Position numbers and translations under genes: made by a program. A DNA stretch of 20,014 nucleotides from a virus. The stretch is from IMG/VR virus record IMGVR_UViG_3300028968_000146, positions 2,153-22,166 of that record; one strand, 5' to 3'. The notes under the pieces were generated by a model. That model was not told the DNA's origin and ran no database searches. It saw only the letters and a program-made list of their open reading frames with translations. This document shows, piece by piece, positions 6,513 to 14,580 of this stretch; the stretch's first letter is position 1, and each line of letters starts with the position of its first letter.

Positions 6513-8065
6513 TTTACACACCTCTTTACCAATTCCAATAACCGCTTATCTTTTACAATTCCCTTTTTCTCTTGTAACAGCACTTCCGCAATTAATTCAT
6601 TTAATTGTCTGTTGCCCTCTCTTTTCAATCCATCTTTTGCATTTCGACTAACAGTATTTGACACATAAGAATAATCAAGTCTTTGTTGTTCCTTTACGTA
6701 TTTCCGCAACTCTGATTCTATGTTCATTTTATTACTTTCTCCACCGTTTGTCAACACAAAATCCCAATGTTTCTTATGGAACATTTCATGCCACAATACA
6801 TCAAGCTTGTTCTCCGCGACAAAATACCCGTCTTTTAGCATTTCATTCAAAAAGCTTTCATCTGTCAATTTCTCATTGATATATAAGCGATTGTTTTTGT
6901 GACTGTATGCGGCTATACCTTTTATTGATTTTGCTATTACGATTTCTGAAACATCACCCAATAAATCGATACTATTCTTAGTATCTATTACAAACTTTAT
7001 TGTATTCTGTGCGTTCTTCGAGTTTGTTTGCGTATAAATACCGTTATGATTTTTTACAGGATTGCATTTACATCTAACACCATCTTCATCAAATACTTTC
7101 GACAAAGACATAGTATCAGTATCTTCAACATTTTCAAGTGTTTCCTCTTCTTCCACAAAATATCCCGTTATTGTACCACGACAACGGGTATGAAACGGCG
7201 GTGCGGTTATGCCTTGCTGATATTCGGACAGTTTAAAATGCTTTCCGTGCATACTTGCACACTCATCGCAAATATCACTGTCCATATTCTCGTCAATCTC
7301 GTATTCGTCACACCCTGCGTCCATTATCGAACGCAATCTTGCGTCAACCATAATATGCGTATATTCCGTCTGATACAGTGCGGCGGAACGGCTTTTTGAA
7401 ACATTCATTCTTGCAGAAATATTTTTAATCATTTTATCGGGACTGTCGCCCCTCGTTATGCCATGTACAAGATTTGTATTAAGTTCTCTCAAAAGTTTCT
7501 GCTTATCATTCCATATTCGGTCAGAGAAGTTACTTCCGTCAAGCCACTTTTCATATATCGCATTCTTTACCGTGTCACGGTCGAACTTTGCAAAATTAAC
7601 AGCATAATCAACCGAATCGGCAATATGTTTATTTGTTGTATAATATGTATCACTGTATGCCTTTTTAAGTGATGTTGAAAATTTATCCTCTTGCTTTTGT
7701 TTCAAGAGTTCGACTTCTCCACGCATTTGATATTTGAGTGCCTCCAAACGGCTTACCCTTGAACGCATATACTCATTATCAAGCATTGTCGTCCACTTGC
7801 CGTCTGCGTTATCAAGTGCCTTTTCGCGAAATTCTTCAAGCGACAGCTTAAACCCTTTAAGTTCGTCACGACTTAGCTGTTTTCGTGTCTCTGCCATACT
7901 GATACCGTTTTCACCCGCATACCTTGCGTAAAACGTTTCAATCTCTTTTTTTATGCCGTTTAAGGACCTTTCATACTCTTTTATGAGTTCGCGTTCTATA
8001 TCATCGGCTTTCTGTGCGTGGATTTTTAAAAGCTCACTGTTCCTCTTCTTCCAATACTCGTTCAT
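6509..8065 (-). CDS. Head morphogenesis / minor capsid protein, SPP1 gp7 (MuF) family, with an extra ~215-aa C-terminal HExxH domain
   Basis: The MuF hallmark GITAPPFHTRCRGTITGY lies at residues ~289-305 (521-aa ORF-track numbering). An acidic linker (EEEETLENVEDTD) and a further domain follow. That domain contains LWHEMFHKKH (HEMFH encoded at 6776-6790), with Glu residues ~20 aa downstream. The ATG at 8065 is preceded by GGGTGG; the GTG at 8074 is an alternative start. Confidence 0.85.
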   Translation of the reverse strand: MNEYWKKRNSELLKIHAQKADDIERELIKEYERSLNGIKKEIETFYARYAGENGISMAETRKQLSRDELKGFKLSLEEFREKALDNADGKWTTMLDNEYMRSRVSRLEALKYQMRGEVELLKQKQEDKFSTSLKKAYSDTYYTTNKHIADSVDYAVNFAKFDRDTVKNAIYEKWLDGSNFSDRIWNDKQKLLRELNTNLVHGITRGDSPDKMIKNISARMNVSKSRSAALYQTEYTHIMVDARLRSIMDAGCDEYEIDENMDSDICDECASMHGKHFKLSEYQQGITAPPFHTRCRGTITGYFVEEEETLENVEDTDTMSLSKVFDEDGVRCKCNPVKNHNGIYTQTNSKNAQNTIKFVIDTKNSIDLLGDVSEIVIAKSIKGIAAYSHKNNRLYINEKLTDESFLNEMLKDGYFVAENKLDVLWHEMFHKKHWDFVLTNGGESNKMNIESELRKYVKEQQRLDYSYVSNTVSRNAKDGLKREGNRQLNELIAEVLLQEKKGIVKDKRLLELVKRCVK

Positions 8066-9395
8066 TATGTCCACCCATTATATCGTCACTGTCGTCCTTT
8101 TCTTCCGCAATTCTCTCCATTTCCTTATCTGCGTCCTCGACAAACGGATGACGTTCAATAATCGTGCGTTGAGATATAACACCAACGCTTTTTTGTGCTA
8201 TATCCGCAAGTTCGGTGTCGTTTGAAACGCTTGTCCTTGTCCACGTCTGCGTGACATTTTCACAAGCGATACCGCTGTAATCGCATATCGCTTTGATGAG
8301 TTCTTCAAACCCACTCCTAAACTCCATTTCTGCCATACCGGCTTTGAGTTCAAGCAGTGAATACAAATATTTCAATGCCGTACCCGATGAATTACCGAAG
8401 TTCTGCGGATCGGGATCAATACCTTTGCCCTGTTCAAAAATACTCTTGCGTGTCATTTGGAGCATTTTCTCTCTTGCCTCAACCGGAATATCAATCGTCA
8501 AAGTCGAAAGTCCTCCGCTTGCTCCGTCCTCCGAATCAAGCTTAATAGTCTTGTACTTCTTGAGCTGTGTCAAAAACTCCGAAAGGCTCTCGCCCTCATA
8601 TCCGCTGAGTACAAATATAATCTCCTGTATATCTTCAAGGTCGTTTATAAATCCGCTGTAAGTTTTATCGTATGTATCAATGAGTCCCTTTATCGGTGTA
8701 AGGTCATCACGATGAAAGCCGTTATTGAAAAACGGAATAAACGGTACACGTCCGAAATTATGACTGTACACGTTACATATAGTTCCGTTTGTTTCAACGT
8801 CGTACACGTTGAACATATTATACATTTCAAGCCGTTCAAGACCGTCGCCAATCTTCTTACGGAATACACTGCATTCCTTATCAGTCCAATACTCATAAAC
8901 GTGGTAAGTGTCACCGTTATCGTCAAGCTCTTGATATGTTCTGAAACACGCCGTAAGTTCGTGTTCCAAAGTATCGCTCCATATCGGTATAACTTGCTTG
9001 CTGTCTATAACGTCGTACTTAAATCCGTCATTATCCCAGTAGTGAATCCAACCCAAACCCGCATTTGACGCATTTATCGCAAGTCTTGAACATATTTTCG
9101 TGTATCGACTGCCGAGTATATTGCTTATTTTCTCATTCGCCGATTTATTTCCGACATCAAATAACGGCGGTGACGTAAACATATATGCGGACTTTTGGTC
9201 TACAAGCAATCCGTGAAAATTAGACGGTATTCTGTTGTCCGCATTCCTCAAAGGTTTTTCGCCGTCACTGTGCGTCATATGCAGAATGTCATTATCGTTC
9301 AGATAATATCGTTCCGCCGTCTGCACTCTTGATATAAAATTTTCGTGTCCGGGTATATATTTCTTTATCAGTTTCTTTACTGTTTCCAAATCCAA
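8034..9395 (-). CDS. Portal protein, SPP1 gp6-like
   Basis: About 453 aa, directly after terL. Sequence character fits a portal (RNADNRIPSNFHGLLVDQKSAYMF, acidic C-terminal tail). The TTG at 9395 is 5 nt after AGGTGA; the GTG at 9404 is an alternative start. Confidence 0.9.
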   Translation of the reverse strand: MDLETVKKLIKKYIPGHENFISRVQTAERYYLNDNDILHMTHSDGEKPLRNADNRIPSNFHGLLVDQKSAYMFTSPPLFDVGNKSANEKISNILGSRYTKICSRLAINASNAGLGWIHYWDNDGFKYDVIDSKQVIPIWSDTLEHELTACFRTYQELDDNGDTYHVYEYWTDKECSVFRKKIGDGLERLEMYNMFNVYDVETNGTICNVYSHNFGRVPFIPFFNNGFHRDDLTPIKGLIDTYDKTYSGFINDLEDIQEIIFVLSGYEGESLSEFLTQLKKYKTIKLDSEDGASGGLSTLTIDIPVEAREKMLQMTRKSIFEQGKGIDPDPQNFGNSSGTALKYLYSLLELKAGMAEMEFRSGFEELIKAICDYSGIACENVTQTWTRTSVSNDTELADIAQKSVGVISQRTIIERHPFVEDADKEMERIAEEKDDSDDIMGGHNERVLEEEEQ

Positions 9396-9404
9396 TTTTA
9401 TCAC

Positions 9405-10796
9405 CTACTTTAAAATTGACAGTCCGCCTTTTTTCCTGTTCATCATCTCTGCAATACCTGTTGTTGCGTCGGGTGCGTCGTCGTGCTTGTTCTTGCCCTC
9501 ACGCTGATATGTCGTCATCGCCTTATAGTATTCGGGAAAACGTATGTGCCAGTCGCAAGGAAAATATATATGCTCCATTATCCAAGTGCTGTTGGATAAT
9601 ATTCGTGCCTCTTTGTTATTGCTTTGGTGAAACCATTTCACCGTTGTAAAATTGCTGCCGTATTTTTCGGCAAGTATTTCACGCACGCGTCTTGCGAACG
9701 AACGTCCGCCGTTATTGCTTTCAATCTTTGCAAGATTTACGTTGTTCTCATACAATCTGCGTGCCGTTTCACCCTCTGTAATCTCCATAGGCTCGTCGGT
9801 ATAATACACGTCTATGACGTATACTTCTTTGCCGTATATACCGTATATTATGTTGCAGAGATAGTCCGCACCTGTATCGGCGGTATCGCAATATGATTGT
9901 ATTTGCGTAATCGGCGGTAAGCTGTCGTATGTTTTAAGCGTTGTGTAGAGTTTGCCTTGCAAATCAATCGGCTCTTGCTGATAATTCGCACTTGCTATGT
10001 CCGCACCCATTGCCTTAATCTTTAAGTCGTAACTGCTCCGTGACAAGATTTCATCACATAGCATATTGCCGTCATCACAAACGGCTTTCATCGTGATTAC
10101 TCTGTGAGATATGTTGTTGTCGCTGAAATACTCAATCGCACGTCCCGCAAGGTCGCCCGAAGCCCACCGTGTCATTATAATGATTATCTTGCCTTTTTCT
10201 TCAAGTCGTGAAAGCATTGTGTTCGTAAACCATTCCCAATGCTTTTCTTTGACTGTTTCGTTGTATGCCTCCTCGGCATTTTTGATAAGGTCGTCGATTA
10301 TAAGTAAACTCGCTCCGAAACCTGTCGCAGTACCGGACGGCGATGTGGCAAGATAGTTGTTGTAACCGCCCTCAAGGCTCCATAAGTTCATCGCTCCGTC
10401 GCCTTGCTTTATCCTCACATTCGGAAATATGTCACTGTAAATAATCTTTTCCGTATCGGCTTTTTCTTCTTGAATGGCGTTACGCACCGCTTTTGAAAAG
10501 GTGGTTGATAACGTTTCATTGTATGAGCCGGTCATTATTTTTTCGCTTTGATTTCTGCCGAGCACCCACTCAACAAACATTGATGCCGTACGGCTCTTGC
10601 CGTGTCGTGGCGGTAAATTGATAATCAATGCGTTCTCGTCACTTTCGTAAAACGATTGCATTTCGTTGCATAACCGTACAAGAAATTCTCTCTCCGACTT
10701 GTAGAATGACGGTGCGGTTAAATGGCAAAAATAAAAGAACTCGCGTCGTGCAAGTTCTTTCTTCGCCTCAAGCATTATTAAGTTTTTATCCATCAC
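9405..10796 (-). CDS. terL: Terminase large subunit
   Basis: 463 aa. It has a Walker A-like PPRHGKSR, a Walker B LLIIDDLI and C-terminal nuclease-type acidic motifs (YCDTADTG, HDDAPDA). The start is GTG 10796 or ATG 10793. Confidence 0.92.
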   Translation of the reverse strand: MMDKNLIMLEAKKELARREFFYFCHLTAPSFYKSEREFLVRLCNEMQSFYESDENALIINLPPRHGKSRTASMFVEWVLGRNQSEKIMTGSYNETLSTTFSKAVRNAIQEEKADTEKIIYSDIFPNVRIKQGDGAMNLWSLEGGYNNYLATSPSGTATGFGASLLIIDDLIKNAEEAYNETVKEKHWEWFTNTMLSRLEEKGKIIIIMTRWASGDLAGRAIEYFSDNNISHRVITMKAVCDDGNMLCDEILSRSSYDLKIKAMGADIASANYQQEPIDLQGKLYTTLKTYDSLPPITQIQSYCDTADTGADYLCNIIYGIYGKEVYVIDVYYTDEPMEITEGETARRLYENNVNLAKIESNNGGRSFARRVREILAEKYGSNFTTVKWFHQSNNKEARILSNSTWIMEHIYFPCDWHIRFPEYYKAMTTYQREGKNKHDDAPDATTGIAEMMNRKKGGLSILK

Positions 10797-11163
10797 CTAT
10801 CAACTTCCTTAATTCGTCAGTCGTAAGATTTGCCATAGGATTGTTTATGTCCATTGTGCCACTGTGCGTTATTTCCTGTTTCGGTGAAAATTCATCTTTG
10901 CATTTGCGTTCAAGATACCATAACGACAAATTAATATCACCTTTTTTTATCCCGTGTGCAACGTTTAATTTCGACTTCATTTTGATATTGTCTTTTAGTA
11001 GCTCTTTTCGCTCCGAAAACTCCTTGTGTTTCTTGCAGTAATCGTATAACGTGCTTACCGCTATATCCGCATAAATACAAGCCTCTCGGTCACTTAACCC
11101 CATTAAAAATCCCTCTTCGAGTTTTTGGACTGTCTCTTTCGTAATCTTTCTCGGTCTTGCCAT
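10786..11163 (-). CDS. terS: Terminase small subunit (HTH type)
   Basis: 125 aa starting at an ATG 8 nt after GGAGG. The N-terminal HTH (ARPRKITKETVQKLEEGFLMGLSDREACIYADIAVSTLYDYCKK) is typical of small terminases. The gene overlaps the terL start by about 10 nt. Confidence 0.75.
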   Translation of the reverse strand: MARPRKITKETVQKLEEGFLMGLSDREACIYADIAVSTLYDYCKKHKEFSERKELLKDNIKMKSKLNVAHGIKKGDINLSLWYLERKCKDEFSPKQEITHSGTMDINNPMANLTTDELRKLIGDG

Positions 11164-11189
11164 GAATTTCACCTCCTGTTTTTGGGTAT

Positions 11190-11219
11190 AGAAAAAGCAC
11201 TACCTATGCGATAGTGCCT
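11190..11219 (-). terminator. Rho-independent terminator after the two-TM moron, about 10 nt upstream of the terS RBS
   Basis: The minus strand reads AGGCACTAUC-GCAUA-GGUAGUGCUU followed by UUUCU. The stem is about 10 bp including G-U pairs. Confidence 0.65.
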
Positions 11220-11261
11220 TATATTTTATTTTGATACAATAGTGACATTGTATTGTTTTGC

Positions 11262-11672
11262 TCAGTTGACTGTGTTGCTTTCTTCTTTTTCCGCTATCAG
11301 TTCATCTAAAACTTGTAATGCTATGGTGCATTGTATTAATTCTTCATTTTTATGAATATTATAGCGTATTAATACAAAGCTTACACCAAGTATGATAATA
11401 AGAATCATAATTATATACCAAAGTACGGAATCTCTTTCATTTTCAGATATTAAAAAATTCAAAATAGACATACATAATGCGATGATTGATACAATAAAAC
11501 TCAATCTACTATACACATCATTCTGTTTTCTATCTTCATAACGAACTTCAATTCTCAATTTTTCACTTTTTAAATATTCCAGTGTTTCGTTTTCATAGAA
11601 CTTTTTTAAGTCTTTACGATATTTTAAATATTCTCCATCATCATTATTTGTTTTTAATATACGTTCTTTCAT
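11262..11672 (-). CDS. Two-TM membrane protein of unknown function (moron)
   Basis: 136 aa with GGAGGATAAAGA-ATG. It has a charged N-terminal ~55 aa and two hydrophobic helices (LSFIVSIIALCMSILNFLI and VLWYIIMILIIILGVSFVLI). It is markedly more AT-rich than its neighbours and is followed by hairpins and a terminator. Confidence 0.75.
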   Translation of the reverse strand: MKERILKTNNDDGEYLKYRKDLKKFYENETLEYLKSEKLRIEVRYEDRKQNDVYSRLSFIVSIIALCMSILNFLISENERDSVLWYIIMILIIILGVSFVLIRYNIHKNEELIQCTIALQVLDELIAEKEESNTVN

Positions 11673-11913
11673 TCTTTATCCTCCGTAAAAATTGTATTTG
11701 TGTATATAATTCGACAATATCACACAAAATTCCTTTTTTAGAAGAATAATTTTTTTAATATCCCTATTCCCACCAATCACACGAGATATTCACCCATCAT
11801 CTCACGATGATACACTACCTTTTTACGAAAATAACGAGCGGTAAGATATAGAACACAAAATATTGCACTGTATATATGTTTTGCATTATTTTTTGTTTGC
11901 TTATTCTTTTCGC

Positions 11914-11929
11914 ATTATAAATTATAACA
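11914..11929 (-). promoter_or_regulatory. Candidate sigma-A promoter with an extended -10 (TGTTATAAT) and a second TATAAT 1 nt downstream
   Basis: The minus strand reads TGTTATAATTTATAATG, about 30 nt after the late-regulator stop. No good -35 lies at 17-nt spacing. Initiation here would give a ~235-nt leader before the ATG at 11672. Confidence 0.35.
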
Positions 11930-11956
11930 TAAGAAAAACGAACAAAACGAACAAGT

Positions 11957-12343
11957 TTATATTTTTTTTAAAAATCTTTTATGTTTCATTCTTACCCCGT
12001 CGGCAGTATTGCCCCCACCAATTTGAAAGGCAATCCACTGCCATGACGGCATTACAGTACCGTCTATGTATCTGTATCGGAATATGCGGCGTGTTTCACT
12101 GTCCAATATACCGGCAACAAACAATTCAATTTTATTTTTCTGCCGCTCCAAGCGTTGACGTAATACAATATCAGATATATGCGTTGGCTCAACACCCGAC
12201 ACAGAAATACAGTGTTTGACGTACGGAAATTCGCTGTCAGAGCCTGTGACAGTACCGTGTACTGTATTACTGTTTATTCTGTCATTTACCTCGTTTAATT
12301 CCGCTACAATACTGCGATACTGTTTTAGATCTTCCTTTGTCAA
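11957..12343 (-). CDS. Phage late-gene transcriptional regulator, sigma-70 region-4-like HTH (ArpU/RinA-type positional analogue)
   Basis: 128 aa. The C-terminus (ETRRIFRYRYIDGTVMPSWQWIAFQIGGGNTADGVRMKHKRFLKKI) looks like sigma region 4. The N-terminus (LKQYRSIVAELNEVNDRI...GSDSEFPYVKH) matches a pattern common in Firmicutes phage regulators found upstream of the terminase. The TTG start is 6-7 nt after GGGGGA. Confidence 0.6.
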   Translation of the reverse strand: MTKEDLKQYRSIVAELNEVNDRINSNTVHGTVTGSDSEFPYVKHCISVSGVEPTHISDIVLRQRLERQKNKIELFVAGILDSETRRIFRYRYIDGTVMPSWQWIAFQIGGGNTADGVRMKHKRFLKKI

Positions 12344-12344
12344 A

Positions 12345-13010
12345 TTAATTCCCCCTGTCTAAATATTCAATACGTCCTTTTGAATAAAATACCATTTTAC
12401 AATCATTGCGGATTGTATCTTTAATTATTTTTATTCTGCCGTTCATCATATCCATTAATACAAATTTTGCAGTTTGTCCGATGTCCGCCATACGTTTTTT
12501 ACGCCAACCGAATTGCATATATAACGGATATAGCGCCACAGGAAGTATCGTCTGCATTTTGTATATAATCATCTTCATACCATCTTCGTCAACGGTATCT
12601 GTTTTCAAGGTCAACGGTTTAAAATCTGCCATTAATGACTGATAATCAAAATCACATTCAGACTTAATTTCATCAGTAAGTTGTATTACTGTTCGTGTTT
12701 CGTTGCCGATGTGTTGTAAATAATTATGCGCATATGTTATGTACCGCACCAATCGTTTTTGATTCCAACCGTACTTTGTATGTAAATACCACACAACGAA
12801 CACAACAGAATTAACAATCGCCTCTTTGGTTGCCTCAACTTCGACAACTTTATAGGCTTGCAGTGCCTTTTTAGTATTAAATTTCTTGACACCATGCTTT
12901 TCAGCTACTTTTTTGAAATTTTCAACCAATGCTGATTCTTCCTTGCATCGTTCTACCTGTTTCAATCTCTGCCGCATTTTCTTGCGTTTCTTCGCTATTT
13001 TATCTTTCAC
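12345..13010 (-). CDS. Hypothetical protein with an internal two-fold repeat ([YF]GW-x2-KR-[LM])
   Basis: 221 aa with a basic N-terminus (KKRKKMRQRLK). It has two similar segments, VVWYLHTKYGWNQKRLVRYI and ALYPLYMQFGWRKKRMADIG. The GTG start has only a weak SD, so the start is uncertain. Confidence 0.65.
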   Translation of the reverse strand: MKDKIAKKRKKMRQRLKQVERCKEESALVENFKKVAEKHGVKKFNTKKALQAYKVVEVEATKEAIVNSVVFVVWYLHTKYGWNQKRLVRYITYAHNYLQHIGNETRTVIQLTDEIKSECDFDYQSLMADFKPLTLKTDTVDEDGMKMIIYKMQTILPVALYPLYMQFGWRKKRMADIGQTAKFVLMDMMNGRIKIIKDTIRNDCKMVFYSKGRIEYLDRGN

Positions 13011-13017
13011 GCTCTAC

Positions 13018-13188
13018 TCAACCTTTCTTGTCCGGTACATACTCCGGACACTTTTCAATCCTATACGAATCATACGTCTTGCGTTGTACCTTTTCAGCAG
13101 TCCAACCCTCCACAGGCTGAAAGCAACTGCTCCACGAACAATCGCCGCAAGCTTTCTGACACGCCCAACATAATTGTTCTTTAACCAT
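13018..13188 (-). CDS. 56-aa Cys-rich (zinc-ribbon-like) miniprotein (not in the supplied ORF track)
   Basis: My own translation gives MVKEQLCWACQKACGDCSWSSCFQPVEGWTAEKVQRKTYDSYRIEKCPEYVPDKKG, ending at TGA 13018-13020. It contains CxxC-x3-CxxC-x4-C. The ATG is 5 nt after GAGGT and overlaps the upstream stop (ATGGTTAA). Confidence 0.55.
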   Translation of the reverse strand: MVKEQLCWACQKACGDCSWSSCFQPVEGWTAEKVQRKTYDSYRIEKCPEYVPDKKG

Positions 13189-13741
13189 TTTGTACCTCGT
13201 CTAATCTCTGAACATACTCAGTAAAATACCATATCAGTTCATCTTTGAATACTTCGATAGCTTCTTCGGCTTTTTCTTTGGTGGTGAAATATATTGTATT
13301 AGGTAATCGCATAATATAATAATACTCTGCGTACATTTCTTCAGAACTATATATAATAAACCACTTCTTTTTACTTTCATTGTTCCAATCTTCTACTGAA
13401 ATAGGCTCGTCGTTTTGTGCCTGCCATTGTCTTAGTTGACGGAGTAATCTGTCTGCTCTTGCATTGTTCTCAGCAATGGTTTTATCGCTGTAATAATTGC
13501 CTACATCATAACGATTTTGGTCAAATAGGACGGTATTCTCATCTTCTATTACTAAATCTATAGTATTGACAAAATAATGCTTCTTATTGTTACATTCTTC
13601 TCTTCCCTCATACCCAGTTCTAGGTTTATCCTCAAGCAATCCCAACTTTTTTAACTGCTCAACCAGTCCCAACTCTTTCAGCTGTCCTTCCGATATTTCA
13701 GCTTGAACGGTTTTACCATTTGCATTAATCGTTACTTGCAT
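13181..13741 (-). CDS. Hypothetical protein
   Basis: 186 aa from an ATG 8 nt after GAGGA (the ORF-track GTG at 13768 lacks an SD). It has a tandem LKELGLVE/LKKLGLLE near the N-terminus. No family was recognised. Confidence 0.7.
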   Translation of the reverse strand: MQVTINANGKTVQAEISEGQLKELGLVEQLKKLGLLEDKPRTGYEGREECNNKKHYFVNTIDLVIEDENTVLFDQNRYDVGNYYSDKTIAENNARADRLLRQLRQWQAQNDEPISVEDWNNESKKKWFIIYSSEEMYAEYYYIMRLPNTIYFTTKEKAEEAIEVFKDELIWYFTEYVQRLDEVQNG

Positions 13742-13770
13742 TTTTTTGTTCCTCACTTTCTTTATCACAA

Positions 13771-13911
13771 AATCACTTTTTTGCTATCTTCCCATATCTC
13801 TGTCTTTTCAGCCACTAACGGAGCAAGTCCCGCGTCAGTTGACACCGTATATTCACCATATCCTTGTTCCATTAATTCTTTGAACTTTTCATAAAAATCT
13901 GCGACTGTCAT
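13771..13911 (-). CDS. 46-aa hypothetical miniprotein (not in the supplied ORF track)
   Basis: My own translation gives MTVADFYEKFKELMEQGYGEYTVSTDAGLAPLVAEKTEIWEDSKKVIL, ending at TGA. AGGAGG lies 9 nt upstream. It fills the gap between 13741 and 13936. Confidence 0.45.
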
Positions 13912-13935
13912 TGTCTTATTCCTCCTAAAAATAAA

Positions 13936-14580
13936 TTAATCCATACCCTCATACAAACTTTTGCTGACCGAAATATCCTCAATATTTGTTTCGTGTATTG
14001 CTGTTGCTATCTTCAATTTTGTTTCTCTGCACGGCATATATCCATATTTGATATATCGTATCATTCGCTCAAATGTTGACATTGGAAACAGTATTTTGTC
14101 ATCGACTACCAATCGTTTTGTATGTAGGTGTTCAAAAAACTTATCGTCGTACATTACTTTATATTCAATATGTTTTCCGTCGTCCTCCGTTACTTCTTCT
14201 TTGAAATATGCAAACTTTGATATAGTAAAATCAAAATTTTCTAACATCGACTTTGCGTCATTGAAATTTTTACGACATAACTCCAATACCAACCCACTGT
14301 CTATATGCTTATATGCCTTGACATTGTCGTTTTCGTAGTAAAAATTATATTGCACTGTCAATGCGTTATCGCCTGTATATCCTTCTGTCTGACTGTCGAA
14401 GTATTCCACGGCGCAATAAAATTCTTCCTCGTCATCAAAAAATATATCTATGTCCTTTATCTTTTCACCGTTGAAAATGTTTTTAAAACAGCCGCCTGCT
14501 ATGTATCCTTTATGTCCCATCATAAACTTGTCCAAAAAATTCAACATATGAAAATTTTCTCTGTCTTGTTTAATTATCAT
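13936..14580 (-). CDS. Minimal class-II nucleotidyltransferase (CCA-adding / poly(A) polymerase head-and-neck-like, no tRNA-binding body or tail)
   Basis: 214 aa from an ATG 6 nt after GGAGG. Motif A (AGGCFKNIFNGEKIKDIDIFF) has the same GG-x12-DxD spacing as [20 protein letters not shown] of E. coli Cca. LVLELCRK aligns with the third-carboxylate strand. ENFDFTISKFA aligns with RRDLTINALA (motif B). DDKFFEHLHTKRLVV aligns with motif C. FERMIRYIKY aligns with LRVLRVARF (motif D helix). Confidence 0.7.
   Translation of the reverse strand: MIIKQDRENFHMLNFLDKFMMGHKGYIAGGCFKNIFNGEKIKDIDIFFDDEEEFYCAVEYFDSQTEGYTGDNALTVQYNFYYENDNVKAYKHIDSGLVLELCRKNFNDAKSMLENFDFTISKFAYFKEEVTEDDGKHIEYKVMYDDKFFEHLHTKRLVVDDKILFPMSTFERMIRYIKYGYMPCRETKLKIATAIHETNIEDISVSKSLYEGMD

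Noticed and set aside
11201-11212. 12-nt identity (TACCTATGCGAT) between the terS-upstream terminator loop and the origin-like spacer (16448-16459)
   Set aside because: A single shared 12-mer is expected by chance many times over among all position pairs in a 20-kb window on two strands. The flanks do not extend the match.
11673-11913. Riboswitch or structured ncRNA in the long leader of the two-TM gene
   Set aside because: I could find only short AT-rich hairpins by eye and no match to any riboswitch consensus I know. A covariance-model scan would be needed before making any call.
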